DNA from: a virus
Taxonomy: Duplodnaviria; Caudoviricetes
DNA: 64,000 nt
IMG/VR virus record: IMGVR_UViG_3300033121_000943
Span: 7,140 to 71,139 of that record
Strand: one strand, 5' to 3'
Shown: in pieces, positions 16,690 to 27,300 of the stretch
How the letters are laid out: each line of letters starts with the position of its first letter
Position numbering within the stretch: position 1 is the first letter of the stretch
Notes under the pieces: generated by a model
The model's database searches: none
Told to the model about the DNA's origin: nothing
What the model saw: only the letters and a program-made list of their open reading frames with translations
Made by a program: the position numbers and the translations under genes

Positions 16690-16692
16690 TTC

Positions 16693-17400
16693 CTATTTGA
16701 TTTCGTTGATAGCCAGCAATTCCGGATGCTTGGCTTTATAGACGCAGCCATTAATCTTCTGTTGGCCATGCGTGGCCCATAGCTGCTTAAACTCGAATCC
16801 GATCTTTGTTTGTTCGACCATACATGAAACGTAATAACCTTGAAGATCGCCCGTAGATAACGTCGTTCGACGCCGCGGTAACGCAGCCAACGTCTTATTA
16901 AAGTAATGCTGCGATCTGTAAGAAAACTCACCAAACGCTAATTCACCGGCTACTGGACCGGTCCACATTCGAAGAGCAATCTGTAATCTCTGCTCTTGTT
17001 TTCCGAACCTTTCCTTATTAATCACGTTCACCTTGGAGATTACTCCCTGTACAGCCATTGGTGATCGTGTCAGTAAGTTTCTCGGTACCGGAATCCCTTT
17101 CTTAAGACTGTCGTAATTCACTGCCAATCGCCACGCTACTTTACGTGCTTTTTGTTTCGTAAGAACAGTGTTATCCGCTAGGTCATCGATGCTAGAAATA
17201 ATCGCATCTAGTGGGCACCGTAGATTGAACGGGAACATTAATTGATTGGCGATCGAATTTGTAAGGTCGGCTGGAACTATCTTCCCGATCATGTCAGCCT
17301 GGACGAAGAATCTCATTATCCGTGACGCGTATTTGCTGGACTCAGCCAAGCGTAACGCACTAGTCTTTGGACGTACCTCTTCCGTCTGTGTTGCCGCCAT
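16693..17400 (-). CDS. hypothetical protein
   Basis: 235-aa ORF. Confidence 0.75.
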   Translation of the reverse strand: MAATQTEEVRPKTSALRLAESSKYASRIMRFFVQADMIGKIVPADLTNSIANQLMFPFNLRCPLDAIISSIDDLADNTVLTKQKARKVAWRLAVNYDSLKKGIPVPRNLLTRSPMAVQGVISKVNVINKERFGKQEQRLQIALRMWTGPVAGELAFGEFSYRSQHYFNKTLAALPRRRTTLSTGDLQGYYVSCMVEQTKIGFEFKQLWATHGQQKINGCVYKAKHPELLAINEIK

Positions 17401-17827
17401 ACCCTATCCCCTCAATTTTCTTTGTCTTATATCTTGGTCGAACTTCCACGATACTCTGGTCGTGACGTTCGCGAAACAAATACTTCACTAGAAGAGGCTG
17501 AAGTATTTTAAGGCCCGCAGCTTCATACTCTTCATTGGGGGCAACGTTGTAATTTCTAGTGAAAGAAAACAACTTGAGAAGCATATCTAATAACGTTCGC
17601 TGCTCGATACCGGCGTTTATGCAATAGGAAACCATCTTCGACAACTCGACTAATGCTTCTTTCTCGCTATCAGATAAACCTTCGGCTATTACACATTCTT
17701 TAACTGTTTTGTTATCAACACGCAGCATTACCTTTACGCCGGCACCATCGTATGTCGGCAAAATAAAAAAGCCGGTTTCATGACTCATGTCCGGCTTTGG
17801 TTTGCGTGTGTATTTTCGTTTTGCCAT
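17360..17827 (-). CDS. hypothetical protein with basic N-terminus
   Basis: 155-aa ORF. Confidence 0.7.
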   Translation of the reverse strand: MAKRKYTRKPKPDMSHETGFFILPTYDGAGVKVMLRVDNKTVKECVIAEGLSDSEKEALVELSKMVSYCINAGIEQRTLLDMLLKLFSFTRNYNVAPNEEYEAAGLKILQPLLVKYLFRERHDQSIVEVRPRYKTKKIEGIGYGGNTDGRGTSKD

Positions 17828-17913
17828 TAACGAGACAACCTGACCTTCTCTTGTCGTATCAGAGGCCTCGTATTTTCTGGCGTATCCGCGAAAGGGAACG
17901 TGTAGACATCGGG

Positions 17914-17948
17914 ATGGATACGATGGAAACCTCTGCCATCGTATCCAT
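17914..17948. repeat. perfect 13-bp inverted repeat ATGGATACGATGG-N9-CCATCGTATCCAT
   Basis: Read directly; no U-tract on either side. Confidence 0.85.
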
Positions 17949-17974
17949 ACTGACTTGCACCGCTCACCTTCGTA

Positions 17975-18886
17975 CTAGTCTTCGAGCACGGACTCGACGT
18001 CCTCTTCTTCAACATAGTCATCGCCATCGTCACCAAACGCTGAAGAATTCTCATCATCAACCTCATCGGTAACTTGACCGTTCTCGCGAGCAATTCGCTT
18101 GGCGTAAGTCTGTTTGACATTCTCAAGAAACTCCGTCAACTTATCCTGTCGATCGGCAACGGTTTCTGCCAGAATGCCTATCGATTCGACTGCGTTGTTC
18201 AATAGCTCCAATACCTTGTCGCACTGCTTTTCCGTGCCATGGTTGATCGTTTGTAGAACCGATGCCATGAACTCGTTAGTATCGACCGGCGACATGACCT
18301 CTGCCACTTTCGAGCACACTTTGATCGACTGATTCAGGACCGACACTGGTCGAACCTTGATCGGCTTAACACTGCCGTTCTCTACGGCCTCTTGATCCGC
18401 ATGGCGAATCTTATCCGACACCAATTGCCGTGTCTGGTCCACCGACAGCCCATCGTCCTCGATAGTCTTGAACACTTCTTTCTGCATGTCGCTGTTATCC
18501 AGCCGAGCTAGGGCTGCGAAGTGCGAGAAAGTGATTCGACCATAACGACCTTTGGCCGTTTCGTTGTATTTCATCGCTTTGTTGATCAGCGATTCGTCGA
18601 CATACTCGGCCACAGCCAAATATGCTTTCACGCGACCAGCGTCGAATCCGTGTGTCGTAGCTAGACGGGCACAGCCGTCTTCCATGTATTTTTCCGTATC
18701 ACCCTGAACTTCATGCAATTTCAGTGCGATCGTCCAGTTGGCGTTGAGGTCTACTTTGGTGACGTTACCGAGTAGAGATCCGATTTCGTCCGAGATCTTT
18801 TTCAGATCCGTGGACATGTATTTCTCCGCCTCAATCCGACGACCTAGTTCAGACGTTGCGTCCACTTTGCTTAATGAATTCGACAC
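17975..18886 (-). CDS. ParB/Spo0J-like helical-domain protein with acidic tail
   Basis: ITFSHFAALARL..DMQKEV....EDDGLSVDQTRQLV resembles the ParB post-HTH helices; no CTPase domain seen. Confidence 0.45.
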   Translation of the reverse strand: MSNSLSKVDATSELGRRIEAEKYMSTDLKKISDEIGSLLGNVTKVDLNANWTIALKLHEVQGDTEKYMEDGCARLATTHGFDAGRVKAYLAVAEYVDESLINKAMKYNETAKGRYGRITFSHFAALARLDNSDMQKEVFKTIEDDGLSVDQTRQLVSDKIRHADQEAVENGSVKPIKVRPVSVLNQSIKVCSKVAEVMSPVDTNEFMASVLQTINHGTEKQCDKVLELLNNAVESIGILAETVADRQDKLTEFLENVKQTYAKRIARENGQVTDEVDDENSSAFGDDGDDYVEEEDVESVLED

Positions 18887-18898
18887 AGCATAACTCCG

Positions 18899-19966
18899 TT
18901 AATTTTTCTGAAATAAATAAAGATACGCGTACTGTCTTAGCCTCGTCGAAATGCCTTCGCTAAAAGAAGTTGCAGATTTCACCGCCGCCCCATAGACATC
19001 CATACGGGTAGGTGACTGCAGTTTGTCGACGTCGATTCCCTTCACAACGTGATCGATCGCGTAGGCTGGCACCTCATGTTTAAGCATGTTCACCTGTAGA
19101 GCCTTCTTAAACTTCTGCGAAATGTCCGGGTTCCATTTAGATGAAACCTTAGTAACCACTGCATGATTAAAAGCGGCTGTTATGGCGTCAGACTTCTGCT
19201 GCCTGTGCACAATCGTGTCGGAAAGCTCCATCATCTTCGTGATAACCTTCGACGGGGCTACGTGGACAATACGCGTATCTCTGTGGAAAACGTCCATCGA
19301 ATACGACCTCGTTTTTGTATCGAAAATCGTGTTCGATAAACGGATGGCTCGACCACCTGTTTCCCTATTCTGAACAACTAAACCACGATAAACGCTGATT
19401 CCACCGACGGTAGCTAGAGGCGTTTTACAACAGAACGTTGCGTTCAAGTCTCTGCCCGAAATGATACCGTCGACGAAATCCATACCTCCGGCCATGCCGC
19501 TGGCGATCTCGGTAGCCGCATCGTACACTCTCGAGTTGTAGACCATTACGAAACTACGACCAATGTGGCCGTCCACTGTGTTGGCGCCACGTGTCACCAC
19601 GAAGCGAGTATCCTTAAGTCCCGCGAAATTGAATTTGACCGCCTGATTGTAAGTCTGGGCGACGTACTCAATTATCTGCTCGTCCGAGTATCCGACCGTT
19701 CCCGATTTCGCACACATCGCATCGATGTAAGCGTATAAACCGCTACCCATAAGTTGGCATATCTGAAACAGAGCAGGTCGTGTGAACACGTAAGCACCGT
19801 TCAGTTTGCCTCGCCGGTCCATCAAAGCCTTAACGGCTGTTGTTATCGGTAGGACCGAAATGGTACCAGCGTCACGTAGTAGTAGTTCGCGAAAATCGTT
19901 ACCTTTGCCCCTGCCGCTAATGTGCAGGTACTTCGGATCTTTCAGAAATTCGCTAATGCTGCTCAT
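18899..19966 (-). CDS. divergent DUF932-like protein
   Basis: DGHIGRSFVMVYN...GLVVQNRETGGRAI...RIVH motif order. Confidence 0.45.
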   Translation of the reverse strand: MSSISEFLKDPKYLHISGRGKGNDFRELLLRDAGTISVLPITTAVKALMDRRGKLNGAYVFTRPALFQICQLMGSGLYAYIDAMCAKSGTVGYSDEQIIEYVAQTYNQAVKFNFAGLKDTRFVVTRGANTVDGHIGRSFVMVYNSRVYDAATEIASGMAGGMDFVDGIISGRDLNATFCCKTPLATVGGISVYRGLVVQNRETGGRAIRLSNTIFDTKTRSYSMDVFHRDTRIVHVAPSKVITKMMELSDTIVHRQQKSDAITAAFNHAVVTKVSSKWNPDISQKFKKALQVNMLKHEVPAYAIDHVVKGIDVDKLQSPTRMDVYGAAVKSATSFSEGISTRLRQYAYLYLFQKN

Positions 19967-20537
19967 CGTCCGTGCCAGATAAATCCAGACCCAGTCTCGG
20001 TGCTATCGAGGTTAATAGTTGCGAGAAAGGCTCAAGTGTAAGACTCGGTACTTTTTTGGTATCCGGCGTAAACATAATTCTTAACCCGGGAGCTCTCGCG
20101 TCGCGGGCCATAGTATGTAACGCCATCTTGCCTGTCATGTACGGCCAGCTGAGTAGGAGGCATATCGGCGACGACCCTAAGACGTGCTCGAGATTGTCTC
20201 GCTCAGCCAACAAATGCTTGACAAACCATTGATTCCGAAAAGTAGACGCAGGAAACAAATTACCAAGTGAAGCGTTCGCTCGCAGGTCTTTTTGCTTACC
20301 GTACAGCAAAAATATCGGAAAATCTGCCCACACGTCTCGCAGGTCTTCTAGGCTGGGTTGGTCCCTGTCTTTGCGTTTTGCCGTATCTTTCAATGAATTG
20401 CGGAATTTCGGCGGCAACTTGAGGACTCTGCACAATTCCCATACGGATTCGGCCTCACCGTCCATCACCCGCTGTTCGGCGAAATCGGCGCCGGAACGTT
20501 TCAGCTTAGACGGATGCGGTGCTTTGAAATCTTCCAT
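19953..20537 (-). CDS. hypothetical protein
   Basis: 194-aa ORF with GGAG SD. Confidence 0.75.
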   Translation of the reverse strand: MEDFKAPHPSKLKRSGADFAEQRVMDGEAESVWELCRVLKLPPKFRNSLKDTAKRKDRDQPSLEDLRDVWADFPIFLLYGKQKDLRANASLGNLFPASTFRNQWFVKHLLAERDNLEHVLGSSPICLLLSWPYMTGKMALHTMARDARAPGLRIMFTPDTKKVPSLTLEPFSQLLTSIAPRLGLDLSGTDDEQH

Positions 20538-20557
20538 AACTGTCTCCGATTAGGTCT

Positions 20558-20598
20558 AAAATGAAGCGAGCCACGTACCTTGGTAGATGCGTGGCTCG
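20558..20598 (-). terminator. probable intrinsic terminator after recA-like gene
   Basis: CGAGCCACG/CGTGGCTCG stem followed by CTTCATTTT on the minus strand. Confidence 0.55.
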
Positions 20599-20620
20599 AC
20601 TCATTTACATGTTTACCAGA

Positions 20621-22120
20621 CTATTCGTCAGCGTCGTCCTCGCTATCCAGGTCATCGTCGTGTGACAGCGTGGACGCTTCGGCCTCACGAATAGCATCTG
20701 CCTCGTCCTGATTACGCTTAGCAAGAGCCTCGATGGCCGCAGCACGTTGCTTTAGATAATCCACGCCCGGTGCCCATTCTTCGTAAGTATGGATACCGAA
20801 CGCGTGTCGAAGTTTCGTAAGAGCCTCTGGATTACTATTAATCAGCTGACCCATCTTGTCAGCACTGATCGGCGTCGTAATGTCGAGCGTCTTACTTATG
20901 TACTGGCCGGGGCCTTCCTTACGAATATGGAAGTACTCATCCAGTAATTCCTTACGAGTAGACGAGCTTACGTTCAATCGCCTGTGTAACTTACCCTCTT
21001 GAAAATCGATCAAGAGCTGAGTTGTGGCGTCGTTCCAATTCCATTTCGTAAACTGTAACGATCGCGTCTCGCTTACGGCTCTGGTCTCCCAGGTCACCCA
21101 TACTTCCATGGACCGACCGGAGTCACCGAGGCTGTTCTTGGACACTTCGAACTTGATCTTACGACCTTCTCGAATTCTCTTACCGTTAGGCGTATTGATC
21201 GCCTTGGCTTCCTTTTTCGTACCGGATAGATCGATACGATAGGTGTCCTGAAACTGTAATTGCTTACTACCGGATCGACGCTTTGTCGGTTGCTCGTAAG
21301 CTGACGGCGCCGGATCGATCTTAAGGTGGTTTACGAACAAGGCTACGAACGGGTAATCGACTACCGTATTCGCGATTTTCTTGAGATACGTTGTAAGTGA
21401 CAACGCTTCAGCTGAGTACTGTCGACCGGCAAAACCATTGGTGTCGATCTTCTCGTTCGTCTCTTCCATGTTGGCGCCGACGATCGAGTCCACAGCATAC
21501 AAAACAGGGTAGAACGCTCCGGGCGGAAGTCCGTTGGCTTTGTCGCCCTTTCGTATCATTTCGATCGTATGATCCATTTGGCTCTGCAAAGCAGACTGCC
21601 ACATGTTCATCGAGTTTGCCTGGGTCTTGTTGAAGCAGTCCCGTCGTTCCTTGCTCCATCCGATAATCGAATAGGCTAGGTCTGGTGAGAATTTACCTTC
21701 GGTTACGATGTCTTCCATCCAGCCAGCTGAATCGATAAAGATCCTGCCGAGCTCATAGGAAAACATTGATTTGCACGACTCTTGTGTACCGGCTACTTCC
21801 ATAACAATGCCAAGAGGCAGCACAGAAGAGTCGAACAAATACTGTAACGGAAACGGAATCTTCAACCCTACGATTGCCGCACCCTCGTTGGCGGCTAGTA
21901 CTGGACGATCGGTTACGTCCTTGATCTTCTTAACTTCTGCCTCGAATCGGCGTCTGGCCAATAGAGCTGCGGCGGCACCGGATACTGTGCTCGACGGCTT
22001 CTGTGGAATCTTACGAACCTTCGGCTTATCTGGTTGCGGCTGCTCCCCGTCAGGGCTCGTGCCGACAACAGCAACCGAGCTCTTAGCCGATGATTTCTTT
22101 ATCAACTTACGCTCTACCAT
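20621..22120 (-). CDS. RecA/UvsX-like recombinase
   Basis: Variant Walker A GTQESCKS, Walker B YAVDSI, FVNHLK, KFEVSKNSLG. Confidence 0.85.
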   Translation of the reverse strand: MVERKLIKKSSAKSSVAVVGTSPDGEQPQPDKPKVRKIPQKPSSTVSGAAAALLARRRFEAEVKKIKDVTDRPVLAANEGAAIVGLKIPFPLQYLFDSSVLPLGIVMEVAGTQESCKSMFSYELGRIFIDSAGWMEDIVTEGKFSPDLAYSIIGWSKERRDCFNKTQANSMNMWQSALQSQMDHTIEMIRKGDKANGLPPGAFYPVLYAVDSIVGANMEETNEKIDTNGFAGRQYSAEALSLTTYLKKIANTVVDYPFVALFVNHLKIDPAPSAYEQPTKRRSGSKQLQFQDTYRIDLSGTKKEAKAINTPNGKRIREGRKIKFEVSKNSLGDSGRSMEVWVTWETRAVSETRSLQFTKWNWNDATTQLLIDFQEGKLHRRLNVSSSTRKELLDEYFHIRKEGPGQYISKTLDITTPISADKMGQLINSNPEALTKLRHAFGIHTYEEWAPGVDYLKQRAAAIEALAKRNQDEADAIREAEASTLSHDDDLDSEDDADE

Positions 22121-22164
22121 TCGATCCTCTTGTTGTTAACGAACCGTTTCGTTGGTCTATACGC

Positions 22165-22440
22165 TCAGATATCTACGCGATCGTTGATATCTTTGATTCG
22201 CAAAATAGCATCTCGAACACGTTCGCAAACTGTACCCAAACCTGCCGCTATTGGGCTAACAATTGTCGTGTCGAGTTTTTCTTGAATCTCGTTTGGTACC
22301 GGACGTGGTACGGACGTCTTGATCACGTGTTCTAGTCGCTTCTCCAATGAATCGACACTGGCCGTCAAGTCATTGATAAGCGAACAAAGCGTCTCGATTC
22401 TGTCCGTAATGTTTCCAGCTGGTGTTTCCGAAATTCCCAT
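22165..22440 (-). CDS. small coiled-coil hypothetical protein
   Basis: 91-aa ORF with GGAG SD. Confidence 0.7.
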   Translation of the reverse strand: MGISETPAGNITDRIETLCSLINDLTASVDSLEKRLEHVIKTSVPRPVPNEIQEKLDTTIVSPIAAGLGTVCERVRDAILRIKDINDRVDI

Positions 22441-22468
22441 GTCTCACTCCAAATCTATAGATGGAAAT

Positions 22469-22499
22469 AAAAAAGGGGCCGGGAGATTATCCCGGCCCC
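22469..22499 (-). terminator. intrinsic terminator after the SSB-like gene
   Basis: 10-bp stem GGGGCCGGGA/TCCCGGCCCC plus T6 on the minus strand. Confidence 0.85.
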
Positions 22500-22511
22500 C
22501 ATTAACCCATT

Positions 22512-24224
22512 CTACTTGCTGGAGAAGGGAAGATCATCATCTTCATCCGACCCCATCATCGTAGCTGCAGAACGCCCCTTCTGCTGGGATAACTTGCCAC
22601 CCTTACCAGATTGTTGAGTCGTTGCCCCGCCCGCGTTGGACTTACCCGCTGGCTTGGTAACTTGTTTCACGCCACTGGTAGTGGTCGCAGGTTTCTTAAC
22701 CTGAGTAGGCTTTGATGCTGGAGCTGTTTTCGTCGCTTTTGGTGGAGGAGCTGCTTCTTCCTCTTCCTCAGCGATTCCCTCAGCGACAGCATTAAAGTCG
22801 ACATCCTCATCTGACATGTCTACATCACCACCCTCATCGTCCGTTTCGGATGGCATCTCTTCGTCGTCACCCCCGCCGAAATCGACGTCTTCACTGACTT
22901 CTTTATTCGGCTTGTTAGGCTTATTCGATCGTGCGGCTGGCTTGCTCTCAGTAGCTAGCTCAGTGTCCTCGTAGACGTCATCGACATCCGATGGAAATCC
23001 ATCGTCATCGTCCGATTCACCGCCGCTAAATAAATCCGCGTCCCCTTCATCGTCATCCGTTTCCAGGTCGCGTCCTTTGCCCGCAGGCTTTGATACCTGC
23101 GTACGGTTGGCAAATATACCACGGATCTCGTCGGTAAAGTAGTCGGTACCGTCGAAGCCCACCTCTAACAGTTCTGGCGTCGGCTTGAATCCGTATGCCA
23201 GATACTTAACGATCTCTTCGTGGCTCGGCAAATGGAAGTAATCGCCGATCCAACGATAGTTCGCCAAGATATTGTCACCATGCGGTGCAATCACTGCGTC
23301 GTGTCCGTACTTAGCGAAACGTCCCGGCGTCTGATGCGGTGCTCGAACCGAATCAAATGCCATCGCTGCATAACCGACAAAGTCGGTCTTGCCTTTCTTA
23401 CCTTCGTCGAACCCTTCGAATTCGTCGGCCTCTGCACGTGCGGACTTACCGGTAAACGTGTCTTCGTTGAAAAGATCCTCTTTGTACAAAGAGACCCACT
23501 TACCACCTCGGATGGCGGTAAAGTCGACGAACGCGTAACGCTCTTCAAAATCATCGCTGTCCTCTGCACCTTCCCTCTCGACTTGAGCCAAAGAGAACAA
23601 GGCCTTACCAGCAGACGTAGATGCACCCATGATCGTGGGTCTGTCATCAGGCCCGCAGCCCTGTAGACAGTTGTGACGTGTTACCTGCACCTTGTCTCGG
23701 TGGATAAGTGGTATCACGTTCATAAATACCATTTTCTTGTTCGGCTTGGAGAACGCAATCGTATCGCGTGTCACCGTGTTGTCGAACAAAGAAATAAGTT
23801 CGTTCGTATGGAAGGTACGGTACCGTGTCTTGATCTGACGCTTCTCTTTTGCGAGTCGCTTCAGCTTGTTGAACATGTACACGTATGGATTCGCTGCGAT
23901 CTCGTAGTCTTCGTCGAGCGGATCGTACAATACGAAGGTTTGTTTCTCTTCGCCTGTGCCCACATAAGAGGCGATTGGTAGCGTTGCAAACCAATCATTA
24001 AATCCGGTTTCACCAGTATCGTATCGATATGGTTCGAAGGTCTTTTCATTGCCTTCGCAGCTGATCGCCGGAACGATTTTCATCACGGTGGGATACTTGA
24101 CTCTATCCCAGTCCGGTGTGATGTAGTTAACCGCTATGTTCTTCGCGAAGAGCCTATTGCCTGCGATCATCGATGAAGAATCTACAGGTACAGAGGCCCT
24201 ACGGCCACGTCGCAATTGCGCCAT
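22512..24224 (-). CDS. probable single-stranded DNA-binding protein with long acidic tail
   Basis: Lies between PolA and RecA; aromatic-rich core; D/E-rich tail ending DEDDDLPFSSK (SSB-Ct-like). Confidence 0.55.
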   Translation of the reverse strand: MAQLRRGRRASVPVDSSSMIAGNRLFAKNIAVNYITPDWDRVKYPTVMKIVPAISCEGNEKTFEPYRYDTGETGFNDWFATLPIASYVGTGEEKQTFVLYDPLDEDYEIAANPYVYMFNKLKRLAKEKRQIKTRYRTFHTNELISLFDNTVTRDTIAFSKPNKKMVFMNVIPLIHRDKVQVTRHNCLQGCGPDDRPTIMGASTSAGKALFSLAQVEREGAEDSDDFEERYAFVDFTAIRGGKWVSLYKEDLFNEDTFTGKSARAEADEFEGFDEGKKGKTDFVGYAAMAFDSVRAPHQTPGRFAKYGHDAVIAPHGDNILANYRWIGDYFHLPSHEEIVKYLAYGFKPTPELLEVGFDGTDYFTDEIRGIFANRTQVSKPAGKGRDLETDDDEGDADLFSGGESDDDDGFPSDVDDVYEDTELATESKPAARSNKPNKPNKEVSEDVDFGGGDDEEMPSETDDEGGDVDMSDEDVDFNAVAEGIAEEEEEAAPPPKATKTAPASKPTQVKKPATTTSGVKQVTKPAGKSNAGGATTQQSGKGGKLSQQKGRSAATMMGSDEDDDLPFSSK

Positions 24225-24240
24225 GTCTTTCTCTCTTTCT

Positions 24241-24270
24241 TGTCACTGTTTGTCACTGTTTGTCACTGTT
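24241..24270. repeat. three perfect tandem copies of TGTCACTGTT
   Basis: Read directly; 16-46 nt upstream of the SSB-like start codon. Confidence 0.95.
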
Positions 24271-24338
24271 ATTCGCTGTACGCTACCGAAGTAGCGAAGC
24301 ATATCCTACTGCGGCACCCACTAAAGTCAACTTCTTTT

Positions 24339-27300
24339 TTACGCGTTTTGTGGGAACAACATAGCACCTGTGGCTATGTCGTAGATTTGCTTGAATTTCT
24401 TGTGCAAATATGTGCCGTTTTGCTTTCTCCAGCCAACCAATGCTGGATCGAGTCCGTACGGTAAGAATTTATCTGGCGTAGGAATCTCAGACCAAGATGT
24501 CTGAATATCCGTCGAGCTGTTGAAGTAATACTTCTTATTACTTACACGGTCACCATCCAGATCGGTTGCGATTAGAGGTACTTGATCGATCAAGCACTTA
24601 CGAAACACACCTTCCTTAGGATCAATTACATGCATTAATTCGTAATGCGGTACCGCAAGCATCACGGCGTCGTGAATCTGTAAGACGATCTTAAAGTCCA
24701 TTTTTGATTGAATGCGGTACTTGTAAAGATTAGCGATCGCCAGTGTCATGGCGTCGGCCACACCGCCTTGAATCGGTGCGTTCATCGCTTCGCGTTCTTG
24801 CTTCTTAATGTCTTGTCGCTCTTCCGTATAGAAGAAGCGACGTCGACGACCGAACATATTACAAAGCCATCCTGGGTTTGTTACACGGCTCGCACACTGA
24901 GCCAGGAATGGCCTAATACCTTCGTACGTCTGAAAGACGTTTTGCTGCAGTCTGGATGCGTCATCGGCTGTAATAAACGTGCCGCTTGCCCTCAGCAACG
25001 TTGCACATGCCTCTGGCGACTGACCATACGCTAGCCCGAAGATAACCGCTTTCGCGGCAGTACGTAGTGCGATCTTCCCGATGTCATCCAGGCCTGTCTT
25101 CGTTGGAGGACAGTCCAGGTTGAATGCGGTGACTGCTAGGTTGGCGTGGATGTCGAAATAATTCGGATCATCCTCGTCCAATCCAGATCGCTGGCAATGG
25201 TCGATCATTGTGTAATCTTGAGCCATTGTCGCGAGCATCATTAACTCGGCGCCGCTGTAGTCTGCTTCGACAAGAAACCATCCCGGTTCCACAGTGAAGA
25301 TGCTGCGGATCGATCTGGTGTACTTCTCTCCGATAATACGTCTGTAATCGGATTCGCGGCTCTTACTGAGATTCTGCAGTGCAGGGTCTCGACTTTTCCA
25401 TCTCCCTGTTTCGGTTACCTGCGTAATGTGCGTACGGCAGTAACCGTCATCGGACATGTACTCTGTGACGCCGTCCGAGTAAACGAGATTTCCATCCTCA
25501 TCGTAAACTTCGTTATCGTCGTCGTCTGTCAACGGTTCCCGAAGGATACCTTGAACAGCTTTAGCTAAGAACTTGTAGTCGAGAATATCACGAAGAACCT
25601 TGCTGTGGTCACGTGGCTCGTCAGAGACTTCGCCGTCAGCGTTGACCACTTCCGTAATTACCTGATCCTTCAGGTAAAACAACTCCAACAAGCTTTGTTT
25701 ACCTGCTGAAGGTGTAATCTCCATTTCTTGTGGTGTACCACGAACCGTTTCCCACGGCACCGGATACTTACCTGTAGATCTTAGAGGCACGATGTGAAGA
25801 CACATCGCACCTTCGGGCCTACAGCGTTTCACGGAACCGTACTGCTGGTAGTAACCGTTGTACTTCTCGCCGAACATCGCTTCTGCGATATGGAAACGAT
25901 TCTGAGGATTAAAGTCCGGCCAGTTAAACTGCTCTCGTAACGACGTTAGCAATTCTGCTTTCCGATCGCTGAAAAGCTTAGCTACTTGGTCTACGCCTTT
26001 TCGATCGACAAGCAAACCGGTTCTATTAATCTCCAAGACAGCCGGTGCCGCTTGGTGTGAGATCCAGTAAGCTTTCCAACATGGTTTTCCGTAGCGATCA
26101 CCGTCCAAGCCTTCTTCCCAAAAGTAATTGGCCAGTCTTAGTTCGCCAGCGGCGTCCCATGCGCCGTAAGGATACAGTGCCTCATCGCTGATCCATCCGT
26201 ATCCGATATCTAGATCTTTTCGTGCCTCTATGGCTTCTTTGATCTCGTCGTTCTTCGCCAGTAGATCATACTCGCCGAAAAATCTTAGGCGTTCTTTGGT
26301 TAATTTACCGCCGTCGTCGAGCGTTTTCTTAGCTCGTAAGTACCTAGCCTTTTCTTTAAGCAGGTCGGCCGCTCTTCTTTGAATAGCTTTGCGTTGCTCG
26401 GCTTTCATCGCGTTGAAAGAGCTTACGTAATTAGGCACGTTCGTATGGATAGCGAGTTGCTCGTCCAGACCGAATCGTGCCGTTTCGTCTATGGCGTGAG
26501 CGGCTAACTCGAGAGCTAGTCCACCACTATGCTTACAATCCTCCGGTGTCGCCGCTGGTGCGTACTCGTCTCGTAAGTCCAAGCCGTAATAGGTGAACCA
26601 TTCCAAGTCAGCGTTAAAAAAGTGTCCGGCAGCCCTAAGGCCCTGCATGAATTTCTTACACAGTCTAGCGGCTACGCGGGTACCGTTCTTCGTACTGTAA
26701 GAGCCATCGCTGGTTTTATAAGAGAACCTCGGACTTCCGCCTTTGTGCGTAAGTGCAATCACTACGGCCGAATCAGGTCTGTACGAAAACTGAATGCAAC
26801 GTAAGTACGCTTTACTGTCTTGCGGGTGTCTACCCTGCCATTCGGCGTCCCACGCCACTATCTTGTTCTTACAGTTCTTACGCATCAGCTTTAGATGGTG
26901 GACCAGCTGATCTACTGTGTCGACAACGTAGTATTTAAGCCCTCGATCCATGCCGACAACGCCTACCGTTTCGACATCCGAGTCAGTTGGGTCTAGCTCG
27001 GCTACTATCTCACCATTCGCCTTAGCATGTTCTTCAGGGTCATAACACTTGTGGAGAAACGTCATATTGTTGATAAGGCGTTTTTCCTCACTTGTCATAC
27101 CACCGGATAGTGCTTTGACTGCTGTTACACCCAGACGTCCACGTGCCGCGATCACGGCACTAGGGCTTATGGTGCAAACGATCTTCGCCGTAAATCCAGA
27201 CGGAGGCGATACCGCAGATATGCGTGTGTCGAAGTACTTCTCGACCACCTCGCCTTCGTATTTACCTAAGGTTGCCGACTTACCGAGAATGGCCTTAACA

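Noticed and set aside
17827-18126. 99-aa minus ORF
   Set aside because: Half is an alternate frame of the acidic tail of 17975..18886; no SD or motif
22454-22466. 13-mer TTTCCATCTATAG shared (opposite strand) with the 44-bp repeat
   Set aside because: Many 13-mer matches are expected by chance in 64 kb over two strands
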